Program-made: the position numbers and the translations under genes
The notes under the pieces: generated by a model
What the model saw: only the letters and a program-made list of their open reading frames with translations
The model's database searches: none
What the model was told of the DNA's origin: nothing
Shown: piece by piece, positions 18,110-27,233 of the stretch
How the letters are laid out: every line of letters starts with the position of its first letter
How positions within the stretch are numbered: position 1 is the stretch's first letter
DNA from: Candidatus Asgardarchaeum abyssi
GTDB taxonomy: Archaea > Asgardarchaeota > Asgardarchaeia > Asgardarchaeales > Asgardarchaeaceae
Assembly: GCA_040225955.1 (NCBI GenBank)
Contig: JBECUL010000024.1
Coordinates: 1-29,067 of the forward strand
Reading direction: 5' to 3'
DNA: 29,067 nt

Positions 18110-18769
18110 ATGAGTTCTACCATGATATATAATAAACCAATCGAAGTTATAATAGAAATTAAAGGTTTTTTCCGAATTGGTGGTGAAACTGATTTTAGAA
18201 GTGCCTTTTTACCACTTGCAAGAAATAAAAGTAGTAAAATACCTATATCATTAGTAAACATGACATCAAGCTTTAAAGGAATTCTAAGAAAATCTGCAAT
18301 GAGATTTATTAATAGCAAGATTCTAAGCCAAAATAATGAACTCAAAAACATGTTAACAAACTCTCTTTTTAAACTATTTGGAAAATCTGGAAAAATGCAA
18401 GGAACAATAATATTTGAATTTGTAGGATTTGAAGATACCGTACTAAGGATCGATATAAGACCAGGAATTAAAATAAATCCTGTATTTGGAAGCATAGAAG
18501 AGAAGCACATTTTCTTTTACGAATATGTATATAATAGTTATAATTGTCTAAAGAATATTAAGCTAAAATTTAGAATGACTCCTCTCTACCCTCTAAATGA
18601 ATATGATTGCATCCTATTATTTACAGCAATTAATGGTTTACGATATGATAACATAGGAGGGTTTAATTCTAGAGGCGGAGGGTTTATTGAAAATATTTTG
18701 GTTGATGAGAATTTTACTAATAGAGCCAAAAAGATCGTTAATAAACTTAAGGTGTTGAAAAATGTTTGA
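18110..18769 (+). CDS. cas7: Cas7-group RAMP (Csm3-like)
   Basis: FRIGG, SSFKGILRK, LFG, RPGIKIN...IFFYE, G-loop IGGFNSRGGG. Confidence 0.85.
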   Translation: MSSTMIYNKPIEVIIEIKGFFRIGGETDFRSAFLPLARNKSSKIPISLVNMTSSFKGILRKSAMRFINSKILSQNNELKNMLTNSLFKLFGKSGKMQGTIIFEFVGFEDTVLRIDIRPGIKINPVFGSIEEKHIFFYEYVYNSYNCLKNIKLKFRMTPLYPLNEYDCILLFTAINGLRYDNIGGFNSRGGGFIENILVDENFTNRAKKIVNKLKVLKNV

Positions 18770-20072
18770 TGAAGAAGATATCATTGCAGTTTTTAAATTA
18801 AAAACATTAACACCATTGGTTATTACAGCAAAAAGAGGAGCTGGAAATTTTATAAAAACATTAGATATTATACCCGCATCCTCACTAATTGGAGCTCTTT
18901 GTAGAGCAATAGTTTTAACTAATATGGATAATAAAAGAGGAAAATGTGCAGAATTAAAAGATACTGTAACGCTGCCAGATTGCGATAATTGTTCATTGAA
19001 TGATAAATGCTTGTATCCAAAACTCTGGAGAAACCAATTTCTTTCTAACAAAAACAATGAGAAAATAATAGTAAGCTGGGCATATCCTATTAATAAGAGT
19101 ATAGAATCGAATATTAATAATATATTGTATGCTCCTGTAATTCCTAGTCTAAAATCGTTGATTAAACCAAGGATTCGTATGAGTGATGCAAAGGAGATAT
19201 ACGATAGCTTGATATTTTATGGCCTTTTTGAAATAGGGAGAAAATACGGTATAACTAGATTTATTGACATTTTAGGACCTAAAGTTAAAAATAGAATTCC
19301 AACAAAACCTATGTCAGCTACTGTTTATTATGATGAAAAATCTAAAAGAATACAAGAAATTAACATAAATACTACGCAAATTACACATATTACAATTTCC
19401 GATATCTTAAAAACTGTTGAGACTGGAAATGATGGTGAGAAAGGAGAATTATATCATTATGAGGCAATTAGTGAAAATAATATATTCTATTTCTACATTA
19501 TTTCAAAAAAGAGATATATCGATCTGCTAATGAAGCACATGAAAGATCATCCAATACAAATAGGTGCGGCAAAATCACGAGGATACGGCTTTGTTGAAAT
19601 TGAAAAGGTAATAGAAACTACAGTTAATAAATATATTTCAGAAAGATTAAAGAAAATACAAGAATATAATTCTAAATTTGAATCATATATAACAAGTCAA
19701 AGAAACTTTTCTAATAAACTTTTTCTGACAATTACAGGATTGTCACCACTTAAGATAGATAATAAAACAGTACAAGAGGCTCTTTTATTTAGGATTAACC
19801 AAAAAGTAGAGATTTTGAAATTTTTCTTTACGCTGGATACTTTTTTAAGAATCGATATATCAAAGCCACAAATAACATTTAATTTAACACCAATAGTGAA
19901 TGCAGGATACTCAGTTTTTATTGAAATCACCACGAAAGAAGATGAAAAAGAGAAAGAGAATATTATAAGACAACTTTTAGAATGGGAGATAAAAATACCT
20001 TATGAGAGTTGGTTTGGCTGGTACTTTATAAATCATCCGATACATTTTAGTTATCTTGAGGAGGTGATATAA
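18762..20072 (+). CDS. cas5: Cas5-group RAMP (Csx10-like, extended), with a Cys-rich insertion
   Basis: LKTLTPLVI, DIIPASSLIGAL, C...CDNC...C cluster, THITI...LYHYEAI, IGAAKSRGYGFVEI, then a second degenerate RRM-like half. Position cas10-cas7-cas5 is typical of III-D. Confidence 0.75.
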   Translation: MFDEEDIIAVFKLKTLTPLVITAKRGAGNFIKTLDIIPASSLIGALCRAIVLTNMDNKRGKCAELKDTVTLPDCDNCSLNDKCLYPKLWRNQFLSNKNNEKIIVSWAYPINKSIESNINNILYAPVIPSLKSLIKPRIRMSDAKEIYDSLIFYGLFEIGRKYGITRFIDILGPKVKNRIPTKPMSATVYYDEKSKRIQEININTTQITHITISDILKTVETGNDGEKGELYHYEAISENNIFYFYIISKKRYIDLLMKHMKDHPIQIGAAKSRGYGFVEIEKVIETTVNKYISERLKKIQEYNSKFESYITSQRNFSNKLFLTITGLSPLKIDNKTVQEALLFRINQKVEILKFFFTLDTFLRIDISKPQITFNLTPIVNAGYSVFIEITTKEDEKEKENIIRQLLEWEIKIPYESWFGWYFINHPIHFSYLEEVI

Positions 20073-20434
20073 TGTCTCAACAAAATGTAATTAAGTCAAA
20101 ATCAGATTTAATTAATTTAGCTAGACGCATTTTAAGAAATGTTGAATGTGTTAAAAGAGAAGAATCGGATGCCGTAAGTTCAAGCTTTGTCAGAAAAGTT
20201 CTGGAAATTTCTCAAAAGGTAGATAGCATTGAGGAATTTAAACTTTATGTAGGATACTTCGTCTCAAAAAATGCTAAATCCCCCGACTCGGGGTTATACA
20301 CGTTCCAGCATAATTTAGAAAATGCTCTCAAGCAAATCAAATATGATTTGAATACATTAAGAACTCTTATAGAATATGTTGTGATGCTACATACGATAAA
20401 AGCAAAGGAGGAAGAATACAGTGGTTGGTGGTAA
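20072..20434 (+). CDS. cas11: Small subunit Cas11 (Csm2-like)
   Basis: 120-aa all-helical protein inside the operon; VSSSFVRKVLE...EFKLYVGY...LIEYVVMLH pattern. Confidence 0.7.
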   Translation: MSQQNVIKSKSDLINLARRILRNVECVKREESDAVSSSFVRKVLEISQKVDSIEEFKLYVGYFVSKNAKSPDSGLYTFQHNLENALKQIKYDLNTLRTLIEYVVMLHTIKAKEEEYSGWW

Positions 20435-21218
20435 TAATGCTTTGTATAAATGTTTAAAAGCTAGGTGGAGAGTGCGATGCAAGATTGAACCTCAAGAATC
20501 ATTATATGTAGGTGTTGGAAGATCTGATTTTTCAATAGCTGCAGTAGAGTTACCATTTGCAAAAATATTTGACCAAAACAGTAATTCATGGATACCTGTG
20601 ATTCCTGGGTCTGGATTAAAAGGGGCTTTTAGAGCTTATTTCTCTAGATTAATTAACTCTCTTAGCATTGATATATTAAATGAATTTGGTTTCAAGGGTA
20701 CATTAATGACTGATGAAACAAATTTTGAAAGAGATTTTGTGAAAACCAAAGGAGTGCAAGAAAAACTTAAAAAATTGAAAAGTGCACCAACAATTTTCAA
20801 ACTCTTCGGCATTTCTGGTTTTGCGTCTCTTATAAAGTTTACTGATGCTTTACCAGAAAGATCCCTAGAGAAACATGGGCTTATCAGAAGAACTCACGTC
20901 AGAATTGATATAAATACAGATAAAGCTGTTCAAAATGCACTTTTTGATTTGGAAGCAATCGTAAAAGGTTACACTTTCACATTCGACATAATCTATGATG
21001 AGCTTGATGATGAAATTTTAAAAGATGCAAATGAACTTTTTAATCTTATGATTAAGCTTCTGAAAAGAGGTTTAGAAATTCATATTGGTGGCATGAAATC
21101 CCGTGGATATGGCTTAGTAAAAATTACTGCAGTTTTAATTGAAAGATTTACACCCAAAGATCTATTTTTTGGTAATAAACCTCAAATCGTTTATCAAAAA
21201 GATGAAGGAGGAATTTAA
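20421..21218 (+). CDS. cas7: Cas7-group RAMP (Csm3/Csx7-like)
   Basis: LYVG, IPVIPGSGLKGAFR, LFG, IKFTDA, RTHVRID, LFDLEAI, IGGMKSRGYGLV. Confidence 0.92.
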   Translation: MVGGNNALYKCLKARWRVRCKIEPQESLYVGVGRSDFSIAAVELPFAKIFDQNSNSWIPVIPGSGLKGAFRAYFSRLINSLSIDILNEFGFKGTLMTDETNFERDFVKTKGVQEKLKKLKSAPTIFKLFGISGFASLIKFTDALPERSLEKHGLIRRTHVRIDINTDKAVQNALFDLEAIVKGYTFTFDIIYDELDDEILKDANELFNLMIKLLKRGLEIHIGGMKSRGYGLVKITAVLIERFTPKDLFFGNKPQIVYQKDEGGI

Positions 21219-21220
21219 TA

Positions 21221-22090
21221 ATGTCACGGACTATAGGGATATTTAAGAAATATCTTTTAACATATAAATTATTTGTTGATATTCAAACAATATCACCAGT
21301 TAGAATTGGATCTTCAAAAGCTGTAATTTCATTAATAGAACCAGATTCGCCAGTTGTAAAAATTCGATTAAAAAATGGGAAAGTAATACCGATTATTCCC
21401 GGTTCATCACTCAAAGGCTTTTTTAGAGCCACCTTCTCAAGAATAATTTCCAAAAGACAAGACCTTTCTAATGTAGAAAACGAAATTTTTGGTGATCCAA
21501 GAATACATGCTTCAAGAATATTTTTTCATGACGTTTTTCCAAAATCAGAACAAAGCTTTAGGCTGATTGTTAGAAAACATATAAGAATTGATAAAAGAAG
21601 CTCTGCTGTTGCACCACATGGATTGTTTGAAGTTGAAGCAATCGCAGAAAATTCACTATTTAGTGGAGTGCTTTTTACCGCAAGAAATTTGAGTTTGGAC
21701 TTTTTGGGCGTTTTGAAACCAATTATTACACTTACGAATATGGGGATCTTTAGAATCGGAGGATATAAGAGCCGAGGATACGGTGAGATTTCAATACAAC
21801 CAATAGCGTTAGAAGTAACAATCTTTGGTCAGAATACTAAGGATTTACTAAACGGCATTACATTAAGTAATAAAGAAGTTTTTAGTTTAAGTAATATAGA
21901 CATAACCATTAAACTTATTAAAGAAAATAATTCACTATTTCTTACAATACCACAAGTTTCTGAATTTAGACTACCTATTGATATATCATATGACATGCAA
22001 CCATTTGCAATAATCTTAAAACTCGGGAGGGATGAAACTCTACAATTAATTGATAAAATGAACGAAATTCTAAAGATGTCAGGAGGGTAA
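21221..22090 (+). CDS. cas7: Cas7-group RAMP (Csm3-like)
   Basis: SPVRIGS...PDSPVVK, IPIIPGSSLKGFFR, IFG, SRIFFHD, RKHIRID, LFEVEAI, IGGYKSRGYGEI. Confidence 0.92.
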   Translation: MSRTIGIFKKYLLTYKLFVDIQTISPVRIGSSKAVISLIEPDSPVVKIRLKNGKVIPIIPGSSLKGFFRATFSRIISKRQDLSNVENEIFGDPRIHASRIFFHDVFPKSEQSFRLIVRKHIRIDKRSSAVAPHGLFEVEAIAENSLFSGVLFTARNLSLDFLGVLKPIITLTNMGIFRIGGYKSRGYGEISIQPIALEVTIFGQNTKDLLNGITLSNKEVFSLSNIDITIKLIKENNSLFLTIPQVSEFRLPIDISYDMQPFAIILKLGRDETLQLIDKMNEILKMSGG

Positions 22091-22095
22091 TAAGG

Positions 22096-22950
22096 ATGTC
22101 TTCTGGTACATATTATGAATATATTCCAGTAACCAATGTTCATAGAGTAAGAATACCAGATAGTATATTCTCTAGTCGCTCTAAAATAGAAAACATATAC
22201 AAAATATCGATGAAATATAAAGCAGTATCTCGAGTACATATAGGATCAGGTAAAAAAGATTTTTTGGAAAAAGAGAATAAAGTATTGTTCAAACATATAC
22301 GTGACGCTAGGGGTTATTTGTTTTTACCTGCTTCTTCAATAAAAGGTGTTGTATCAACAAACTTTTTGGCTATATGTGGTTCTGCTGAGCTTACGAGTGA
22401 GGTTTTTGGAACAACCGCTGATAAAGCTACTATTTCAAAAGTTTATTTCTATAATATATATCCACAAGGTAGAAACTTACTCGAGATTGTTGAAATCGAA
22501 AAACTCTGGTCACCAAAACCTCCAAAGAATAATGTAGTTAAAATTTACATAAGTAAAGCTCCTGAAACTGATATTGCAGGGAAAATTGAAACCCTAAAAG
22601 TTGGAACTATTTTTCAGTTTAAGCTATTCGGAATAAATTTGAGTGAAATAGAATTAGGCACTCTTCTATTATCACTCGGATATAACCCAAGTTCGAAAAA
22701 TAGAAAATTTCTTAAAATCGGATATGCAAAACCAAAGGCATTTGGCCTACTACAACCATTGGATGAAACACTTGTTATTGAAAAGTTAGAAATTACTGAG
22801 AAATTTGAAGTACAACATAAGATTTTAGAAAGAAAGAAAATTTTAGAAATTATATCAAATACCAAAAAACATATCAATAATGAACTATCAAAACTTGGAT
22901 TTAAAGATACTGTGGATAATCGTTTTAATATAGTTTTTGGGTGGAAATAA
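22096..22950 (+). CDS. cas7: Cas7-group RAMP (Csm5-like terminal subunit)
   Basis: VHIGSG, LPASSIKGVV, VFG, SKVYF, LWSPK, ELGTLLLSLG, KIGYAKPKAFG. Confidence 0.85.
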   Translation: MSSGTYYEYIPVTNVHRVRIPDSIFSSRSKIENIYKISMKYKAVSRVHIGSGKKDFLEKENKVLFKHIRDARGYLFLPASSIKGVVSTNFLAICGSAELTSEVFGTTADKATISKVYFYNIYPQGRNLLEIVEIEKLWSPKPPKNNVVKIYISKAPETDIAGKIETLKVGTIFQFKLFGINLSEIELGTLLLSLGYNPSSKNRKFLKIGYAKPKAFGLLQPLDETLVIEKLEITEKFEVQHKILERKKILEIISNTKKHINNELSKLGFKDTVDNRFNIVFGWK

Positions 22951-23357
22951 TGAAAACCATAAGTAAGGATTTTTTAATTCGAAAAGCAAAAAATTTTGTG
23001 TATAGACTGGAAAACATAGCACGAAATTCACATAAAGCGTTTATCGAACCAACAGGCACACCAAAAAAACCACGATATATAAAGATATTATCACAAGCAC
23101 TAAAAGATTTTTCTTATGATTTTATTATGGGAAATGAAAAACAAGAGTCATTTAGCAAATATATATTGACTGCAATTTATACAACACAAATTCCCAATAA
23201 AAAAGATATCTCAATTATGGACATAAAAAGGTTTATAAATGATTGCCAGAAGGCTTTTCAAAGTGAAATTAGAGAATTGAAGCATAGAGAAGATTTATTA
23301 AATTTTTTAAATTTTTCATTCCTGCTTTTAGAAGTACAGCGGAGAAGAACTTACTAA
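22950..23357 (+). CDS. Small helical protein closing the cas operon; possible second Cas11-like subunit
   Basis: TAATG overlap with the preceding gene and GGGTGG RBS favour ATG 22950 (ORF track uses GTG 22941). Helical pattern ESFSKYI...KRFINDC...LLNFLNFSFLLLE loosely parallels the 120-aa Cas11. Confidence 0.5.
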   Translation: MKTISKDFLIRKAKNFVYRLENIARNSHKAFIEPTGTPKKPRYIKILSQALKDFSYDFIMGNEKQESFSKYILTAIYTTQIPNKKDISIMDIKRFINDCQKAFQSEIRELKHREDLLNFLNFSFLLLEVQRRRTY

Positions 23358-23402
23358 TATAGTTTTTATCTATTTGTTGAAATAAAAGCAAAAAACATAT
23401 TA

Positions 23403-25031
23403 TTACTCTTTATTTTTTTGTTTATTATATGATTTTATTATTAATTGTGCTAATGGATGATTATAATTAAGACAGACGAAAGTTGCTCTTCCTGGACGTT
23501 CGAATATTTTTTCCTTTTTAATTTTAACTATGCCAACCAATTTTAAAATTTTTAGTATTCCAGGTTTACCGTTAGAGCCATAAAGATCCTTTTTACTTAA
23601 TTTTTTATTATTATTGTTAATGGAACACTCTTCTAAAATTGTACTAATTCTTCTGCAACCTAACATTTCACCTCTCGCCTTCTCCTGTTTTAAATCCTCT
23701 TCAAGCTTGCTAATTAGGTATTCTACGAGTTTAGAAGCTTTATAACCGAATAGCTTAGAGATGAGCTCGATGGATATTTCCATATTAATATTTTTAATAA
23801 GTGATTCATAGAGCGGCTTGTACAATTCTACAAAAATTGGCGGGTGTAGGTTATTGGCATTTTTTACGGCAAGAATATGCTCAGGAAGACTTATGACAGA
23901 TGCTTGATTTATAAATGATTTTAGCGTTACCTCGTATGTCTCAAATAATTTATTTAGCAGAGCGATTTTCTCAAACACCTTTCGTAGCGGTGTGGGATCA
24001 AGCAGATGAAGAGAGGACATTCTGCCAGCAAGGAAGTATGGATTATAGGAGGAAGCTATATTTGTGACTAAATAGTAAAAGTTGGAGATTTTAGACGTTA
24101 TGATATTTTCTGTAAGGATATTTAGCTTTTCTAGTATCTCTTTAAGTACAAATGCAATAATAGCACCATATGTAATCTTCCTTCTAAAGTTCTTTCTAAC
24201 ACACTTAGACGCTTTTATCAATTCTGGGCTATAAACACACACCCCTCGCGAAGTCGGCAATATTTTTTCCTCAATATGGAAGTATAAGTGATTCTCGAAG
24301 ATTTTTTTGATGTCCTCCCTTGGAATTTTATCTACATTTTTCCTTTGTATAGCAACAGCAACAAGGTATTTTGTGTTCCCTCGCTTCAAAGGAGTGCCTC
24401 CTCTTAGAAAAAGAAAGAAGTATTGTTCACTTAAACGGACTTTCACATTATCCACAAATTCCCTTTTGAATAAACTAAATAGAATATCTGCTTTTATAGC
24501 AACAGCTAAACTTTTAAGACCATTAAATTCTTTTGACTTATAAAATACTTTGGCAATATTTTGCTCTTTCATTAGATCGATTATTTCGGTGTATTTAATT
24601 GGCTCATTTATGTCTAAATGGAATCGAATAACAAAGACAAACGGAGGATACCAGTCAACAATGAGTTTCCCACGAATTTCTTCAATCTCTTGCATATCTT
24701 CTCTCACAAAATGAACTCTAACTGGCCTTTGAGATATTATCCTAACAGGGACTGGTGGAATGATCTCAATATTGAACTGAGTTGATATTTCTCGCCATCT
24801 TTTTAAAATGAGTGCCCATGGACTATTAGGTGAAATATGAAGCTGGCCTACATTCTTAAAATAAGCATTGAAAGATCGCTCATCATTTCGTTCGCAGACT
24901 GTTTGCAAAACTTGATAAAAATACTTAATGTCCACAAATTTGTGGAAGGAAGAGTTAACATAGGATGTATTTATTATCTGAGGAACAGAAAAAGTTTGAA
25001 AAATGTCAAGTATGGCTCCCTCGAAAATCAA
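23403..25031 (-). CDS. Hypothetical protein, 542 aa, probable C-terminal winged helix
   Basis: Long ORF with GGTGA RBS before TTG. C-terminus RRISTILEEC...LYGSNGKPGILKILKLVGIVKIKKEKIFERPGRATFVCLN resembles a wHTH recognition helix + wing. N-terminal region not recognised. Confidence 0.6.
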   Translation of the reverse strand: MIFEGAILDIFQTFSVPQIINTSYVNSSFHKFVDIKYFYQVLQTVCERNDERSFNAYFKNVGQLHISPNSPWALILKRWREISTQFNIEIIPPVPVRIISQRPVRVHFVREDMQEIEEIRGKLIVDWYPPFVFVIRFHLDINEPIKYTEIIDLMKEQNIAKVFYKSKEFNGLKSLAVAIKADILFSLFKREFVDNVKVRLSEQYFFLFLRGGTPLKRGNTKYLVAVAIQRKNVDKIPREDIKKIFENHLYFHIEEKILPTSRGVCVYSPELIKASKCVRKNFRRKITYGAIIAFVLKEILEKLNILTENIITSKISNFYYLVTNIASSYNPYFLAGRMSSLHLLDPTPLRKVFEKIALLNKLFETYEVTLKSFINQASVISLPEHILAVKNANNLHPPIFVELYKPLYESLIKNINMEISIELISKLFGYKASKLVEYLISKLEEDLKQEKARGEMLGCRRISTILEECSINNNNKKLSKKDLYGSNGKPGILKILKLVGIVKIKKEKIFERPGRATFVCLNYNHPLAQLIIKSYNKQKNKE

Positions 25032-25053
25032 AATAAATCACCTGAAGATTTAG

Positions 25054-25114
25054 TGAGGGACTCTCCCCACGAGGGGGAGATTCGGGTACACCTAAACGTT
25101 AGTACCCGCCCTCA
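25054..25114. other. GC-rich three-way-junction structured element in the leader of the 542-aa gene
   Basis: Closing stem tgaggg (25054-59)/ccctca (25109-14); hairpin tctcccc (25062-68)/ggggaga (25074-80); hairpin cgggtac (25083-89)/gtacccg (25102-08). Confidence 0.65.
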
Positions 25115-25146
25115 TTTTTAAGAATAAAAAACAGTAAATTTAAATT

Positions 25147-26772
25147 TTACTTAAATATTTCATCAAGAATTCGCCAGGACTGTGTGTTTGGGTTCCATAG
25201 GTCTTTTGGAAAACGCCAGTAACTGCCTATGCTTGGGTCGACTAAAAAGATTTTTACATTACTACCCTTAAAAATACGCCTAGAGTATAACAAAAAGTCT
25301 GATGCAGTACCAGTAGGAAGCTTCAAAATCGATAAACACGCATTAAAACTTCCTCGAACATAGAATGTCATATTGAATGGTAAAAAGTCAAAGAGATACT
25401 TATAGAGCTCAGCGTCATCCTCTGATGCCTTAGTTAAGAAAAGTATTATATCGTTAAGTCCTATATTCTGAAGCATCACATGATGTTTAAGAAGACCATA
25501 TTTGAAGTAGTTTTTTAATTTTTTGACAATAACATTCGTGCCTTTCTTGAACCTTTTACGCAATGAAGCTACACGCAAATCATTAGTCGTAATGATATAA
25601 TCAATGATTTCCATATCAAGATTTGTTAAATTAAACGGTAGCTCTATTTTTCGAATTTTTATAAATGGAAATGTTATAATGCGAGATTTCTCTTGCTCTA
25701 TTATCCTTTTGGTCCATAAGTACCAAGTATGAAAATTTGTATTCCATCGTTTCTCGTCAATCAGAAAACTGCTAAAATTATAAAATCGAGCATACTTCTC
25801 AGCAATAAAATAATACAGTTCTTTTACATGATATTTTTTCCTTATTAAATTTAAGAACCCATCCAATTTTGAAACAAATGCATTCGAGTTTGGAGCAATC
25901 ATGAAAATCAGAAGTGGCGTATCGTCATCAAGTATATGATATATCTGATAAGTAAAGGGATTTTTTCTAAGCTTTTCAACCAACTCACTCTTGTGCTTCT
26001 CCTCTTGGAAACACGCGTAGATAAAATAATAGGTCAGTCCAAATGATGATATTCCTATGGATACTCTTCTAGCTAGTATGTGCCATCTCTTAAGCTTGTT
26101 CAAAATGTTTGATACAGCTGAAATACTAATATTTAGAGACAAAGCTATTTCCCTAAGATTAGCATTAGGTTTCTGAGAAAGCTCTTGAAGAAGCAAGATG
26201 TCACTCTTACTAAACTTTGGGGTGTACCTAGTCATGAACTCTTCAATAAGTTCTAAGTATTCCCGCTGACTCATCCTGATGCTGTAATCATCAAACTTTC
26301 TTAAAATACGCATAATCTCTCTTAAGAACTGTTTGCTAGCAAGTTCATCGAAAATAGGAAAACTATATGGCGCATTATAATAAATATTTGGAAGTATTTT
26401 AATAGGGGGAGATATCTTAATCCAAATATCCATCCATCGCTTCTTCTTTTCTTTAGAGATATTTAGATAAGCGTAATACATACATAAATCATATGCTTGA
26501 GGAATCGATGAAATAGCCTCCGGCAAGAAAATTGCAAAAGCTTCCCTTAGTAATATCCCATCAGCAAGTTCTTTATATTCTTTAGATAAAATAAGGCTTC
26601 GCCCACGTTCTACCACTCCAAACCTGTAGGGGTTCTCGGTCATCTCACTAATGTCTGCCATTATAACATTTTCAAATGGCTCTCTTACAGCGGGATAATC
26701 CAAGTAGGTCTCTATTTGCTCAATATACTTTTGATACAACCCAGTTAGATCCACCCCAGAATCTTTTTCCAT
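25147..26772 (-). CDS. Large transcriptional regulator with two Lrp/AsnC-like wHTH + ferredoxin-like modules and an extra N-terminal domain
   Basis: HTH1 SKSDILLLQELSQKPNANLREIALSLNISISAVSNILNKL followed by SSFGLTYYFIY; HTH2 LTNLDMEIIDYI...VIVKKLKNYFKYGLL followed by NIGLNDIILF. Confidence 0.75.
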   Translation of the reverse strand: MEKDSGVDLTGLYQKYIEQIETYLDYPAVREPFENVIMADISEMTENPYRFGVVERGRSLILSKEYKELADGILLREAFAIFLPEAISSIPQAYDLCMYYAYLNISKEKKKRWMDIWIKISPPIKILPNIYYNAPYSFPIFDELASKQFLREIMRILRKFDDYSIRMSQREYLELIEEFMTRYTPKFSKSDILLLQELSQKPNANLREIALSLNISISAVSNILNKLKRWHILARRVSIGISSFGLTYYFIYACFQEEKHKSELVEKLRKNPFTYQIYHILDDDTPLLIFMIAPNSNAFVSKLDGFLNLIRKKYHVKELYYFIAEKYARFYNFSSFLIDEKRWNTNFHTWYLWTKRIIEQEKSRIITFPFIKIRKIELPFNLTNLDMEIIDYIITTNDLRVASLRKRFKKGTNVIVKKLKNYFKYGLLKHHVMLQNIGLNDIILFLTKASEDDAELYKYLFDFLPFNMTFYVRGSFNACLSILKLPTGTASDFLLYSRRIFKGSNVKIFLVDPSIGSYWRFPKDLWNPNTQSWRILDEIFK

Positions 26773-27101
26773 CTAATATAACCACCCTCAGTAAAATACA
26801 ATTTTGATAAGAACTTAATATCTTATATACGAAAAGAAGTATATCAAAATTTTTCTCATTCTAATTAAAAAGTTCTCGGTTTTCTATAAATATTTCTTCA
26901 CTTGTACATTTTAAAGCATTACCTTATAAAACACTACGAAATTGCTTATTTCTATTTTTAAAATTGGTCCCTATTTGTTTTTTTCAAAAAACGCTCATCT
27001 TAATTTAGAACAGCCAAAAATAGCGTTTCTCTTGCTGCTTATCACAAGGTCCAAAAAGGCAATCCCATCGGAAACGAATAACTATCAACAAGGTGAGAAA
27101 A

Positions 27102-27182
27102 ATGGTTGGACCCGGAGATGGAGACCCAGTCCCACTATGGCCATCTCCTTGGCCTGAGCCGCCTCCACCCTCCTCAGGCTAA
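27102..27182 (+). CDS. Putative 26-aa Pro/Gly-rich peptide MVGPGDGDPVPLWPSPWPEPPPPSSG
   Basis: Strong AAGGTGAG RBS directly upstream of ATG 27102; GC-rich island matching the ORF limits in AT-rich surroundings; TAA 27180-27182; T-rich tract at ~27204-27222. Below the ORF-track size cutoff. Confidence 0.65.
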   Translation: MVGPGDGDPVPLWPSPWPEPPPPSSG

Positions 27183-27233
27183 GGAGATTACGCCAAGCAG
27201 ACATTTTCACTTTTCTTTTTTATTGACTAATAA

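Noticed and set aside
26942-27157. 71-aa ORF from the ORF track
   Set aside because: No RBS; it overlaps the better-supported 26-aa ORF in another frame.
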